A stretch of 64,000 bases of DNA from Octopus sinensis (Eukaryota): the NCBI RefSeq assembly GCF_006345805.1, contig NC_042997.1:9672001-9736000 (forward strand), read 5' to 3'. Below, one piece after another: positions 39,858-53,181 of the stretch. Under the pieces are notes generated by a model. That model was not told the origin of the DNA and did not search any database. It worked only from the letters and a program-made list of their open reading frames with translations. Numbering within the stretch: position 1 is the first letter of the stretch; every line of letters starts with the position of its first letter. The position numbers were made by a program, and so were the translations under genes.

Positions 39858-40331
39858 TGCTTAGAGTAGGAAAGAATATATATCAAGAAAGATGAAGTGG
39901 AAAGTGGACCTTGGTGAAATTTGAACTCAGAGCATTAAAGGAGTCAACTCATTAAGAAGTGTTGTTGATTGTGTTGTTGAGTTATTGATATTGTTAATGA
40001 TATTGATGATATTGTTTTTAACAAAGGTGATGATAAGAGGAGGGTTTTGAAAAATGTTAAAGACTATGAAGAGAATGGTGGTGGATAGCATTACGATGGT
40101 GGTGGGAATGTTGGAAGCGATTGGTGGTGGTGGTGTTGGTGGTGATAGCCATTGTGATGTTAATGAGAAGACAATGAAATGGAGGAGTAGGATGATAGGC
40201 TGATCTACCACCCTTACTACGTCATTCATAGCATTACATTACACATCTCAGGATGTTAAAACATTGAGGTATATAATGATGATAGTAATGGCAATGACAA
40301 TGATAGTCACAATGACAATGACGACGACAAC

Positions 40332-40365
<34 letters not shown>

Positions 40366-40797
40366 GATGATCATTTATTTTTGATAGCCACCTAACTAAG
40401 AATTTCCTGTATCATTTAATAGTGTAGAGGAAGAATTATTACAACACTTTAAAGGCAGTTTACTTAATTGGATTTAGTTGAATGGACAAAAAGGGAAAAT
40501 TATAATTCAATTTAGAATTTGCTAAGAAATCTCTGCTTTCTGCTATGATGATTTGAAGCTTAATTCAATAAGCTTCTTGCAGAAGGAATTGTATATATCT
40601 AAAAATGTCAGCTTTATGATGGAGGTGGATTACTCTATTGTAAATCCACATTCATCCTACATCAATAAATTTAATCAATGTCAGTCCAGAGAGTAACTTG
40701 AATTAATGATAATTTACAGGAAATCTACCAAACATAATTGTTTGAAATTCTAGCTAAAACTCTTGTGTTGGAGAGCACTGGTAACTGTTGAGAATGA

Positions 40798-40962
40798 TTG
40801 AAGCCTTTGCCACATAACCAATGTGTGTGTACATGTGTAAGTGTTAGCATATTTGAAGCCTTTGCCACATAACCAATGTGTGTGTACATGTGTAAGTGTT
40901 AGCATATTTGAAGCCTTTGCCACATAACCAATGTGTGTGTACATGTGTAAGTGTTAGCATAT
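40798..40962. repeat. Three exact 55-bp tandem copies
   Basis: aagcctttgccacataaccaatgtgtgtgtacatgtgtaagtgttagcatatttg at 40801, 40856 and 40911. Confidence 0.95.
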
Positions 40963-42387
40963 GTTGCCTGTATTGGCATGTGTTATATATTGTGTATGTG
41001 TGTGTGAATGTTTGCTTTAGTGACACTGATTTATGGCATGTTTTTTCTACTCTTTATCAACACAAACTAACGAATTATCTTCAAATAACACCTATCATCT
41101 TAGAAAAGGAAGGACATATTGGATAATGCAGTCCTAGATATAGAAAAGGATTAAATAGTCATAGCTGGAGCCCCTTTGATCATAGATCTCCATGATCGGG
41201 GCTGACTTAGGGTTAAACAACAGCAACTCTGTATAATCATTTGAGTTAAAGATTCCACCAAGAAAGTAGGAAGTGCAGAGGAATTAGATTACAGAAATTA
41301 TCAGAGGAAAGCATATATAAAATACAAAATGAAGTTAATGGTGAAAGTCAAATGGAATTAATACAAGAATAGAAGGGAGGACTTAACTAAGTGAATTTTT
41401 GTTTTAATATTTTTGAAAAAAATTATTAAGCTTGTAGAGAGGGAAAAACTAAGAGATAACAGAATATTAAGCTGCAGATGAGAAATTAAGCTGGTTGAAA
41501 ATTAGAACTGAATGTAGGAAATTGGAACCTAAAGAGCATGCAGGAATTAAGCTGGAGTACAGTGGAAACTATAGTTAGGTCAGGGGTTTCATCACAGGCT
41601 GATGAGACCTGCTATTGGTAACATGCAAGTCAGCATTGCCTGTTTCATGGTGAGGTGATCAGTGACTAAACCAGCTCTCTCAAGAGTAGATTGCTACTTT
41701 TGGGAGGAAGGGGTCTGGGCACCTAGCAGGACTGAAAACAAGACTTGTCAAAGGTTGGATGAGCTCCAGTTAGGATAGGTAATGGCAAACTATCTCAATT
41801 TCTCTGCCAAGTAATGGACAGTCAGAATGAGTTAATGCTATGGCATCACCCAATGGGAGAACTCATGCTTAATTGGAAGACTTTTGTTGTAGTGTCATCA
41901 ATGCACTGCAAAAGTTTACGATACATGATGAGAATAACAGTGGAAACTAAAAGAAGTGGAAACTAGAGAGAAGCAAAATGAAAATAAACTTGAAGAAATG
42001 TGGAAGATTAAGCAGAAAGTATACTGGTGAAAATGGGATTTTTGCAGGAGATAATCAGAAAATAAACTTGAGGTGAGATGAAAATGAAGCTGGAGCAATG
42101 ACGAAATTAAGATGGAGGTATTTGAGAACTAATCTGGAGGAAAGCAAATAGTTAGCTAACAAATAGGAGAAAAAAATGGGGAAAGAGATAAAGTTAAGCT
42201 GGAGGTAGGTGAAAAATAAACTGAGGCAAAGTGGACATTAAACAGAAATACATAAAGATTGATATTAAGAAAAGAGGAAATGAAAACTAACTGGAGAGAA
42301 GTGTGTAAGTTAGAAGAAAGGAGAGAAGTAAAAACAAAGGAAGAGAGCAAAATACTTTAACCAGGAGAAAAGATTAGACAAGCATAA

Positions 42388-42728
42388 TAATCACCTCCAC
42401 TTAAGCGAAGGTTGAGGTATTGTTTTCGGTCGTGTTTGTTTGTCCGTAGACAAGATATCTCAAGAACTGCTGAATGGACTCGGATGAAACTTTCATGGAT
42501 GTTTGGCCCCGTGACTGGCACAAACTGATTAAATTTTGAGACCGATCAAGTACTGGAAAAGGATTCTGGATTATTTTCCTGTTTTTTTTTTGAGAGCATT
42601 TGGGTTCATTTTTAGTATTTTCATATGTGAGAGCAGTCAAGTTTACTTCAGATATTCTCATTTTAAAAATTATCTCCAGCTAATCGTTGAGAGGACGTTG
42701 GTGTTGCCTTGGCGGAGGTTTGTGCTCT
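42388..42728 (+). mobile_element. Non-autonomous Helentron/HINE-like element, copy 1
   Basis: 5' acctcc...gaggt hairpin, gtttgtttgtc tract, subterminal ccttggcggaggt. Confidence 0.6.
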
Positions 42729-42730
42729 TG

Positions 42731-43962
42731 TTACCTCCACCTTAGCAAAGGCAGAGGTATTGTTTTCAGTCGTGTTTGTTTGTCTGTGGACAAGAGAACT
42801 CAAGAACCACTGGATGGATTTCGATGAAACTTTCAGGGATATTTGGCCTCGTAACTGGCACGAACTGCTTAGATTTTGGGATTGATCCGGTATTGGACAA
42901 GGATTCTGGATTATTTTTTATATTTTCTTTACTTTATATGTACATGTAAAGTTTCACACAGTTCTCTAGTACACGCACACATATACATATACTCACACAT
43001 TTTCAGCATTGAACATTACCATCCCATTTCCATTGTACACACACACACACACATATACGTGCATGCAAACATACCTCTCCTTTTGCACACACATATACTT
43101 ACACTTTAAAAGCCGTTTATCAACTTTTTCACTCTTTCCTTCATTATTTTATCTATCACCGCTTCCTTTCTCATTCATATGATGCTCTCTTTACCTTCAC
43201 CTCTCACTCCGGCTCTATTATATATACACAAATATATTAAAAAGACAATGCTCATTATTATATTAGGAACCCATGCTAGCATGGAAAGCGGACGTTAAAC
43301 GATGTGTGTGTGTGTGTGTGATTATACATACATTTGAACACTTTACAGTATACTTACATATATACATAATTCTATACATCGATCTAAAACAACAGGATTA
43401 CTGAGGGAAAACCAGAATTTAAGAGAAGAGAAAATCAAAAGGTCTCATGATCTTCATTGAAGGATTTTATTTCAGACTAGCAGTATCACCCGGCGTTGCT
43501 CGGGTTTGTAAGGGAAATAACTATATAAGCATTTTTAGAGAGTTATAGCCAAAAAATAGCAAAAAATGAATTAAAAATGGAAAAAAAATTATGGTAAATT
43601 TTTTTTAAATCGTTGACTCATCGTAGACATTTTTAGAGAGTTACTTCCCTTATATAATAGCGAAAAAATGCATTAAAATGGAAAACAATGATGGTAATTT
43701 TTTTAAAAATCGTAGACTCATCGTAGATGCACGCTAATACCCAGAAGGGCTCGATATGAATCACGACTATAAGATACCCGGTTTTGGTTAAACTGCACCG
43801 CAAAATGTGGGAGTAGTTAGGAATCTAAATCGTAGGAGGCAGACACACAACTTGACTTTTATATATAAAGATTTTCTCATTTTAAAAATCATCTCTGGTT
43901 AATCGCTGAGAGGATGTTGGTGTTGCATTGGAGGAGGTTTGAACTCTCTGAGTGCTCTAGTT
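42731..43962 (+). mobile_element. Helentron/HINE-like copy 2, interrupted by nested inserts
   Basis: 42731-42930 repeats the 5' part of copy 1; the 3' part resumes at 43869 and ends gaactctctgagtgctCTAGt. Confidence 0.6.
43477..43871 (-). mobile_element. Non-autonomous Helitron
   Basis: Minus strand: a|TC...cccgagcaacgccggg hairpin...CTAG|t, A-T target site, no TSD; internal ~95-bp direct repeat. Confidence 0.8.
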
Positions 43963-44349
43963 ATTAATGTTTTTATGCTGTTCCTTGTATTTCCTAGAAA
44001 TCAGCTTTAGGTTGTTTTCAAGTAATACTCATCATACTTCTTTTATTCCTGTCACAATGTCATTGCATTTTTTTTATCTTTGCTAACATATTGCAGGCAT
44101 TTCAGAAAATTTGAATATTTAAATATGAATTGCTAGAAAATTATTTTATGATCTTTTTTTAAAAAAAAAAGTTTTGAATGACTTGTTTTCAGCAAAACAG
44201 ACCTGAAGCAAGTAAGATAATATATTTTGCCCTAAAGCATCATACAAGGATTGTATAAAAATAGATTAAAATTTGTAGTCTAAAAAACCAGTTGTCAAAC
44301 ACCTTAAATTCTATTCCAGTTCAGAGTGGGCAAACATACTTGTGTTGTG

Positions 44350-44727
44350 ACTCTTTTACTCTTTTACTTGTTTCAGTCATTTGACGGTGGCCATGCTGGA
44401 GCACCACCTTTAGTCAAGCAAATTGACCCCAGGACTTATTCTTTGTATGCCGAACTGCTAAGTTATGGGGAAATAAACACACCAGCATTGGTTGTCAAGC
44501 GATGTTGGTGGGACAAACACAGACACACAAACACACACATAAATATTTATATATACATATATACGATGGGCTTCTTTTCAGTTTCCACCTACCAAATCCA
44601 CTCACATGGCTTTGGTCGGCCCGAGGCTATAGTAGAAGACACTTGCCCAAGGTGCCATGCAGTGGGACTGAACCCAGAACCATGTTTTTGGTAAGCAAGC
44701 TACTTACCGCACAGCCACTCCTGCACC
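44350..44727 (-). mobile_element. Full-length SINE S1
   Basis: Colinear reverse complement of 37982-38394. Confidence 0.85.
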
Positions 44728-46617
44728 TGACTCAAAAAGAATCTTTAACTGATTGAAATAACATCCACAGTAAGAAGAAAAATCTTAGTATTAATGAAAA
44801 ATTTTGTCAAATGAGAGAAAAGAGAAAGAACTAAAACTGAAAATTAAATAGGCTGTGTAGGAAATGAATAGTAACTCCTAAGTTTACAAATTCATGCATT
44901 TTGAAAGCGTGATATATGTTAATTTCATTACATGACTGGTACATTTTTCATCAACTCTAGAAGGATGAAAGTTTTCTCAGTGGGATTTCAACGCATAATA
45001 TAAAAGAAAAGTAACTAAATGCAGTGCAGTATATAACTCACTAATCTACTGTTTCTGCCAACTTGTGACTCTTGATTGAAATGAATACTGAGTAAGAAAA
45101 TAGTGACTTGTGTAAAATGTTTGACAGCATGTAAAAGGGTACGAAAGAAGATGAAATTTTTCAAATACAAAAGCTACAAGTGTACATCCGTACCAATTTT
45201 AACTTTAATATAGAGTTATCAAATATTGGCAAGCATTTACTCAGAATATGATTGAAAATTACATTTCAGTTTTGGACAACAGATCCTTTTACATTTTTAA
45301 TTTTAAAATTCCTGATTATTACTACACCATAAAATAGCAAAAGTAAAAGTAGAATTTGTTTAATTAAGATACCTTAATGATAACAAACATTTTAAAAATT
45401 AGTTTAAATTAGATTGACCACTTATTAGTTAAAAAAGAAAAGATATGATAAATAAATACATAGATAAAAATAGAACAAACAATAAGATAAAGTAATAAAC
45501 TTTTGCATGAAAATGTGGAAAACCTATTTTCTTTATAGAAATTAATCAACAAGAGGTGAGGAAAATGAAAATGAAACAAAAGGAAAACAAAATTTTTGAA
45601 ATTGCAAATGAAAATTAGAAAAAAAATGAACTTAACTGTTTTAGGGAGGATATAATTTTCTTTTCCTAATTAATCTCATGTTCTTGATATTGATAATAAA
45701 TTATTCAAATTAAGAATTCATAAATAAAGTAAATAATGTTATTGCCTTCAGATCATGCAGTAATTTCAATTCCAAAATCTTACATGAATTGGGTTGTATT
45801 AAAAAAAAAAAAATGAACAATGAATGAATAATGCAAAAATGAGAGAAAGTATCTCAGAGTTTTGAAGAATGATTTTTAAAGGTGTCTTCAATTTGTACTT
45901 ACTAACTCATGGCTACTGAGTTCTATTGTCTGGTTAAGTGTTACTATATTTGCAAACCCTTAGGGCTCAGCACTTTATATTCATCCTTTGAAAATCTCAC
46001 AGTAAAATTCTTATTCTATTTTGAAAGATCTTTTACAATGGATTCAAAGTCTGTGTGTGTGTGTGTGTGTGTAAGTATGTATTTCTTTTCCTTTTAAAAT
46101 TTTCTAAAATAACAGTAGTGGTATGTACTGAGCTAACAGGAAAGTCCTAAACATTTTAGCATAAGATTTAAGTGGCAAAAATAATTTATCAAAAGGGATC
46201 TATTCTGTGAATTTATATAATGATTTCCAAAGAAACAATTTATGAAATTAATATCTTTTTCTTTGGTGCAAGATTTTCCTTCCTTCCTTCCTTCTTTTCT
46301 TTCTTTCTTTCTTTCTTTTGTTTCCTGTTTTGTTTATTTTTCAGTTAATATGTATTGATGGAGTACAGTCGTTTGGTTCAACATTTGTTTCAGTAATGTT
46401 ATGTAATTGTTTTAGACACTTTCTGCTTCATTAATCTGCCAAGCAGACAAGAGGTAATTTTACCTGTGATATGAAGACGGTCTGTTGCAAGTAATTTTAC
46501 CCACTAGTTTGAAATGAGCATTCAAAACATGTAGCAAAATCACCCTGTAACTACTTATAAAGCTTGAATGATCATGTTACACTTCAAATTTTGAGTAAAT
46601 CATAAGTTTTTCCATAG

Positions 46618-46653
<36 letters not shown>

Positions 46654-46999
46654 ACACGTGTGTGCATGTACTCTCCCCATCACATTCTTGCAATATTTAA
46701 CCACTTCTTGATCTTCTGTCGCCATTCTCTCTCACATTGAGGAATGCAACCAAGGGTTTACAAAGTCAACTGGTGATGGACTTCAACTTTGGATCTTGCC
46801 TTAAGATTATCTGAAGTTCTATAGCAATTTGAAAACCTTTTGTGAACCTCTTGTCTTTGTATTAGCAAAGAGCTCAAAAAGTATTTTGCCCAGATTGATA
46901 ATCCCTTATGTATGCATGTATGTATGTATGTATGTATGTATGTATGTATGTATGTATGTATGTATGTATGAATGTATGTATGAACATACTGCTATACAG

Positions 47000-47460
47000 C
47001 TTTGTAGTTCTAAAACAAAAATCCTGTACTCTGCCTTTCTCTCTGTAGGAAAAGATCTTTGTTGTTAGCAGCAGCAGTAGTACCCTGAACTTTATCCAGC
47101 CCATTCTTACTCTGGTTATTATACTTTTGGAGCAGCCACCTCCCTTGTTGATGACATCTCCGAGGTAACAAAATTATCAACTACTTCATGTAAACCATCC
47201 AGGTATTCAAGGGACTTTATTTCTGGTGTGTTCATAGAATATACTGCTCTGATACATCTGTCACATACGAAATATGTTCTCTTCTACTCTACCTGTTTCT
47301 GCTTCATCTCTTCAATGTCCATTGCTTACACTGGGTGTAGTCCAAGGAGACTCTACCCACTCCTTTTCCAAATATTAAGTGAGGGTACCAAGGTGTCTTG
47401 TTTACTTTCCTACTTATTAAAACCTTTTATCTATGTAATCAAGCTCTGAGGTATATGGTA
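47000..47460 (-). pseudogene. Old RTE RT fragment
   Basis: Minus strand: YFVCDRC...LHEVVDNF, matching the region seen in 51290-51960. Confidence 0.55.
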
Positions 47461-47664
47461 GCCCATGAGAAGTGACTGAACTCACTCGGTAAAAGACAGG
47501 ACTACAGTTTTGTGTGGGATTTAAGAAGGAGGTATAGAATTACCCAAGAGATGTGTATATCAACTTGTATATATGTTTGTACACATATACACACACACTG
47601 AAAGACGTAAACACACTCACATGTGTGTATGTGTATGTGTGTGTATGCATGTATATATATATAT

Positions 47665-47825
47665 ACGGAGTGGTTGGCGTTAGGAAGGGCATCCAGCCGT
47701 AGAAACACTGCCAGATCTGACTGGGCCTGACGAAGCCTTCCAGCTTCACAGACCCCAGTTGAACCGTCCAACCCATGCTAGCATGGAAAGCGGACGCTAA
47801 ATGATGATGATGAGGATGATGATAT
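47665..47825 (+). mobile_element. RTE 3' tail fragment
   Basis: cggagtggttggcgttaggaagggcatcc...cggacgctaaatgatgatg. Confidence 0.85.
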
Positions 47826-47828
47826 ATA

Positions 47829-50016
47829 TCATCATCACCACTGGCATGAAGGCCAGTTAGGTGGTATTGGCATTGATCACGCTTGAATGGTGCATTTTAC
47901 ATACCACTGACATGGGAGCCAGTCAGGTGGCACTGGCAACGACCATGTTCGAATGGTGCTTTTTATGTATGACCGGCATGCGAACAGTCAGCTGGCACTG
48001 GCATTGAACACACTCAAATGGTACTTTTTATGTGCCACTAGCATGGGAGCCAGTCAGGCAACACTGGCAACAAACATGCTCAAATGGTGCTTTTTATGTG
48101 CCACCATCAAGGGACTAGTCAGGTGGCACTGGCATCAACCATGTTCAAATGGTGTCTTTTATGTGCCACTGGCATAGGTGCCAATCAAATGGTACTGTCA
48201 TCGGCAATGACAATGACTTCCCTTGACTCAACAGGTTTTCGCAAGTGCAGTTTATTGCCCAATGATTGAAGGGTATTCTTAAATGAGCCAGTTATAATTC
48301 ACTGGCATAGGCAACGGTTACAGTCTCACTATGCTTGTAGGGTCTTCTCAAGTACAGCATATCTCCAAAGGTCTCGGACAAAATCTGATGCTTCTTATGT
48401 CCAACTTTTCTCTCAGGGCATGGCACTTACACTCTGTCGTGTATGCACACTGACATTACACATCCAGTAGATCATACTAGCTCCATTCCTTGCAGGCTTA
48501 CACATGTCTGCAGCAGTCATGGCCTACGTTTCACTACCATGTAGCATGGCTGTACACACACATGTATCATACAGTCTAACTTTTACTTTGAGCAAGAAAC
48601 CCTTTGTCACCAGCAGAGGTAAGAACTCTCTGAACTTTGCCCAGGATATTCTTATTCTAGCAGCTACACTCCCAGAGCATCCACCTCCACTACTGACTTG
48701 GTAACCTAGGTAATGGAAGCTATCAACTACTTCTAGTTTTTCCCCCTGGCATGTAACGGAAGCAGTTTTCTGTAAATTTTAAGTGTTTGTTGCCCATGAG
48801 CATTTGCCACACACAAAATCTATCTTCCTAGTTAGCCTTCCTTTGATATTGCTGCACCTCTTATGTGTCCATAGCTTACACCGGGTACATCTCATGGAGT
48901 TTGTACCCACGTCTTTTCTACAGATCGAGTAGGGCCATCTACCTGAAGGGGTTTGTGGTTTGTATACTTTCCTACTTATTTAGACTTTGGCTTTTGCTAG
49001 ATTCTAAGGCCCTTCAATTCTAGACCTTGCTTCCATATCTGAAACTTCTCCCCTAGTTCTGATAGTGACTCAGCTATTAGCACAAGATCATCAACATAGA
49101 GAAGCTCTTAGGTACATCCTGTCTTGAGTTCCTCTGTTATTGCCTGGAGGACTATGAGGAATAAAAGGGGGCTGAGGACTGATCCTTGGTGGGCCCCTAC
49201 CCCTACCCAGAATTCTTTACTGCACTCGTTACCAGCCCTCACCTTACTGACAGCATCTCTCTACATGGCTTGTACAGCTCTCACTAACCACTCATCTATC
49301 CCTTGTTTCCACATTTAACATCATATAAAGGATCAGGGGACCCTGTCAAAGGTTTTCTCCATGTCAGCGAAAGCCAGGTACATTTATCTCTGGCAAGGTA
49401 TTTCTCCTGCAGCTGTTTTACCAGAAAGATAGCATTAGTGTGCTTTTCCCTGGCACAAACCCAAACTGCATCTCATCTAAACTGACTGTCTCCCAAGTTA
49501 GTGGGACTATGACCCTCTTCGTGACTTTCATTACCTGATCCAACAACTTGATACTTCTGTAATTATTCATATCTAATACATCACCTTTAACTTTGTAGCA
49601 GTTGACTATGGTGCTGCTACACCAGTCATTGGGTATGACTCTTTCATGTATCACCTGATTGACTATGCAGGTGACTAGACTATAGCCAACACCACCAGAT
49701 ATTTTGAGCAACTCTGCGGTGATTCCTGATGGTCTGGGGGCTTTCCTGGTCTTCATATCCTTAATTGATTTATCTACCAAGGTACTGTCAATTTGGATTG
49801 CTAGTTCCTCTGTTAGGTCAACATTCAGCTGACTCTCTTTCTGCCATTCATTCTCTTCATTTAGCAACCTTTCATAATGGCATCTCCAAGTCTCTCTCTT
49901 TGCAGCCTCACAAAATGCAAGTGAGCCATCATCCATGTGGACACATTTCTCACCTATGACATCACAATTCTCTCTCACACACTGTCTTGCAACATGAAGC
50001 ACTTGAAGTCTTTGGT
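47829..50016 (-). mobile_element. RTE-clade LINE, 5'-truncated (most of RT plus 3' UTR repeats)
   Basis: ORF 49418-50002: KAPRPSGITAELLK...IPNDWCSSTIVNCYKVKGDVLDMNNYRSIKLL...MQFGFVPGKST; about 7 UTR repeat units at 47835-48210. Confidence 0.9.
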
Positions 50017-50174
50017 CCTCAGAATATTGCAGAATATTGGCAAATTTTTCTTATCTGCTATTTGAAAGCACTAAATCCGTTAGTACTGGATGTCGAAGGT
50101 GGTTTATCTGAGGTTACTCAAATCAGATGAGTATGTTCGATTTTTAGTGCTCTCAAATTTAGATTTAAGGAAAT

Positions 50175-50257
50175 CTTGTTCTGATGACAAGAATGTTGAA
50201 ATAGGAATGTATTTCTAGCATCTCTATATCTAACTAACCCAGAAACGCGTTCACAAG
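50175..50257 (+). ncRNA. Type I HHR motif, monomer 1
   Basis: cttgtt CTGATGA [stem II with atagg(a)atg/catctctat] GAAA cgcg TT cacaag; palindromic stem III acgcgt. Confidence 0.6.
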
Positions 50258-50755
50258 TAATCTAATTTCGAGTGAACTTTCGTTATTTTTCCCTCTATGC
50301 CTAGGTGAATTGTTTTTGAGTATACATTGTCTGGAGACTCTTCTTATAGTAGAAGAAATAGCTAAATTCTTTGGCTGCTATTTCTAAAAGTTTGGTATGT
50401 GGTAAAGCAAATTTTTTTGCTGAACTCTAATTACATAAAGTAATGTTTAAATTTACCGTAAATGGTCCTTTTACATACTGAACACTGCTTGGTAAAATTA
50501 TTAATTACTAATTAATTCATTAATTTTACCCTTATTATTATTGACAATATAATTCTCTCCCTGATAATAAACTACAGATTCTTTTGTAGGAATTTGTTGC
50601 TCTATAACTCATTTGGGTGGACAGGGGAAGATGCAGAGCCTCATTCATGTTTTGAATTCGTTAGTACTGGATGTCGAAGGTGGTTTATCTGAGGTTACTC
50701 AAATCAGATGAGTATGTTCGATTTTTAGTGCTTTCAAATTTAAATTCAATGAAAT

Positions 50756-50838
50756 CTTCTGCTGATGACGAGAATGTTGGAATAGGGATGTATTTCTAGC
50801 ATCTCTATATCTAACTAACCCAGAAACGCGTTCACAAG
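50756..50838 (+). ncRNA. Type I HHR motif, monomer 2
   Basis: cttctg CTGATGA...GAAA cgcg TT cacaag; the two-copy consensus cttgtg pairs perfectly with cacaag. Confidence 0.6.
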
Positions 50839-51127
50839 TAATCTAATTTCGAGTGAACATTCGTTATTTTTCCCTCTATGCCTAGGTGAATTGTATTTGA
50901 GTATACATTGTCTGGGAGACTCTTCTTATAGTAGAGGAAATAGCTAAATTCTTTGGCTGCTATTTCTAAAGGTTCGGTATGTTGTAAAGCAAATTTTTTT
51001 GCTGAACCCTAATTATGTAAAGTAATGTTTAAATTTACCGTAAATGGTCCATCTACATACTGAACACTGCTTGGTAAAATTATTAATTACTAATTAATTA
51101 ATTAATTTTACCCTTATTATTATTGAC

Positions 51128-51235
<108 letters not shown>

Positions 51236-51289
51236 GTGTGTGTGTGTATGCATGTATGTTTGTATGTATGTATATACATATATATGTGT

Positions 51290-52818
51290 GAGACAGGTTG
51301 CTTCTGGGAGCTCCTGTATGCTGATGACCTTGCTCTCATATTGAAATCACTACCAGGATTAGAGAAGAAATTTCATTTGTGGAAGCAAAGTTTAGAATCA
51401 AAGGGACTTAGTGTCAATGTTGCAAAAACCAAAGTCCTAGTAAATAGGAAGGCGAACAAATCACAAACCCTTCGGGTAGATGGCCTGCTTGATTTGTAGA
51501 AAATGTGTAGGTAGAACCTCCATAAGATATAGCCATTGTAAGCTATGGACGCCACAAGAGATGCAACAACATCAAAGGACGGTTAACTGGGAAGATAGCT
51601 TTTCTGTGCGACAGATATACAGGGGCAATAAACACCGAAGATGCTCAGAAAATGGATTCCATCACATGCCAGGTGGATAAACTAGAAGTAGTCAATAGCA
51701 TCCACTATCTAGGTGACCAAGTCTGTGGTAGGGGTGGATGCTTGGGGAGCATTGCCTCTGGAATAAGAATAGCCTGGGCAAAGTTCAGAAAGCTCCTACC
51801 TTTACTGGTGACAAATGGCCTCTCACTCAGAGTGAAAGGTAGACTGCATTATGCATGTGTGCGAACTGCAATACTACACAGTAATGAAACATGGGCCATG
51901 ACTATTGAAGACATGCGTTGGCCTGAAAGAAATGAGGCTAGTATGATCCGCTAGATGTGTAATGTCAGTGTGCACACACAACACAGTGTAAGCACCCTGA
52001 GAGAAATGTTGGACTTAAGAAGCATCAGATGTGGTGTGCAAGAGAGACGGCTACGCTGATATGGTCATGTGCTGCATATGGATGAGGAGACCTGTGTGAA
52101 GAAGTATCACTCCCTAACAGTGGAAGGAACCCATAGAAGAGGGAGACCCAGGAAGACATGGGATGAGGTGGGGAAGCATGACCTTCGAATGATGGGCCTT
52201 GCAAAGGCAATGACGAGAGACTGAGACCTCTGGAGATATGCTGTGATGGAGAAGTCCCGGCAAGTAAAGTGAGATGACAGCTGTAGCCTATACTAGTGTC
52301 ACATAACCAGCCCATTTAAAAAGTAACTTGGAATCATTGGGCGACATGCTGTGCTTGAGGAGACCTATTGAGTCAATTAAAATCAAAAAGAAAAAAATCA
52401 AATCACAACCAAAAATGGAAATTGTAGTTGTGGCCAATGCCAGTGCTGCCTGACTGGCTCTCGTGCTGGTGGCACACAATAAGTACCATTCATGCAAGAT
52501 TTATTGCCAGTTCCACCAGACTGGCTACACGTGCCAGTGACATGTAAAAAGCACCACCTGAACGTGGTCAATGCCAGCCCTCCACCACCCTAACGTTAGA
52601 AGCACCATATGAACATGGCCGATGTGAGTGCTGGCTGACTGGCACATTAAAAGCACCCACCACACTCTCAGATTGTTTGGCGTTAGGAAGGGCATCCAGC
52701 TGTAGAAACATTGCCAGATCAGATTGGAGCGTGTTGCAGCCTCCTGGCATGCCAGTCCCCAGTCAAACCATCCAACGCATGCCAGCATGGAAAACGACCG
52801 TTAAATGATGATGATGAT
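51290..52818 (+). mobile_element. 5'-truncated RTE LINE with 3' UTR and (GAT)n tail
   Basis: WELLYADDLALI, GLSVNVAKTKVL, YLGDQV, RIAWAKFRKLLPLL, KGRLHYACVRTAILHSNETWA. Confidence 0.9.
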
Positions 52819-52827
52819 AAATATATG

Positions 52828-52868
<41 letters not shown>

Positions 52869-53105
52869 TGAGGGAGATAAATTAATATTAATTTAATATC
52901 AATTTAAAACCAGTAGTCCAGCATTCAAAAAATCTGAGGAGTCAGAGAAAATTCAAATATATGTGTATATTGGCAGGGCTGGCCTGCTAGGTAGCCGGCC
53001 AGAATGCTACAAACTACAAGGGAAATTCTCTAGAGGAAAATTCAGCGAACACCAGAACCAATTTGGCGGCAGGACATATGAAAAATTAAATAAAAAACAG
53101 ACTTA

Positions 53106-53181
53106 AATGCATACCTCGGTTTCGGTCTTAACAAAAGAATTACTTGCATAATTCAAGTGTCCGTGACTTCTTCAGTACATT
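53106..53181 (-). ncRNA. Type I HHR motif
   Basis: Reverse complement of 53906-53981. Confidence 0.8.

Larger units (their letters stand above)
50078..51127 (+). mobile_element. Tandem ~581-nt HHR-bearing monomers (non-LTR retrozyme-like)
   Basis: 50078-50545 repeats at 50659-51127; each copy has an HHR motif; 3' end cccttattattattgac abuts (TA)n. Confidence 0.75.

Noticed and set aside
40798-40962. CRISPR-like or other repeat-spacer array (also the RTE UTR repeats)
   Set aside because: Direct tandem units without unique spacers, in a eukaryotic repeat context with no cas genes.
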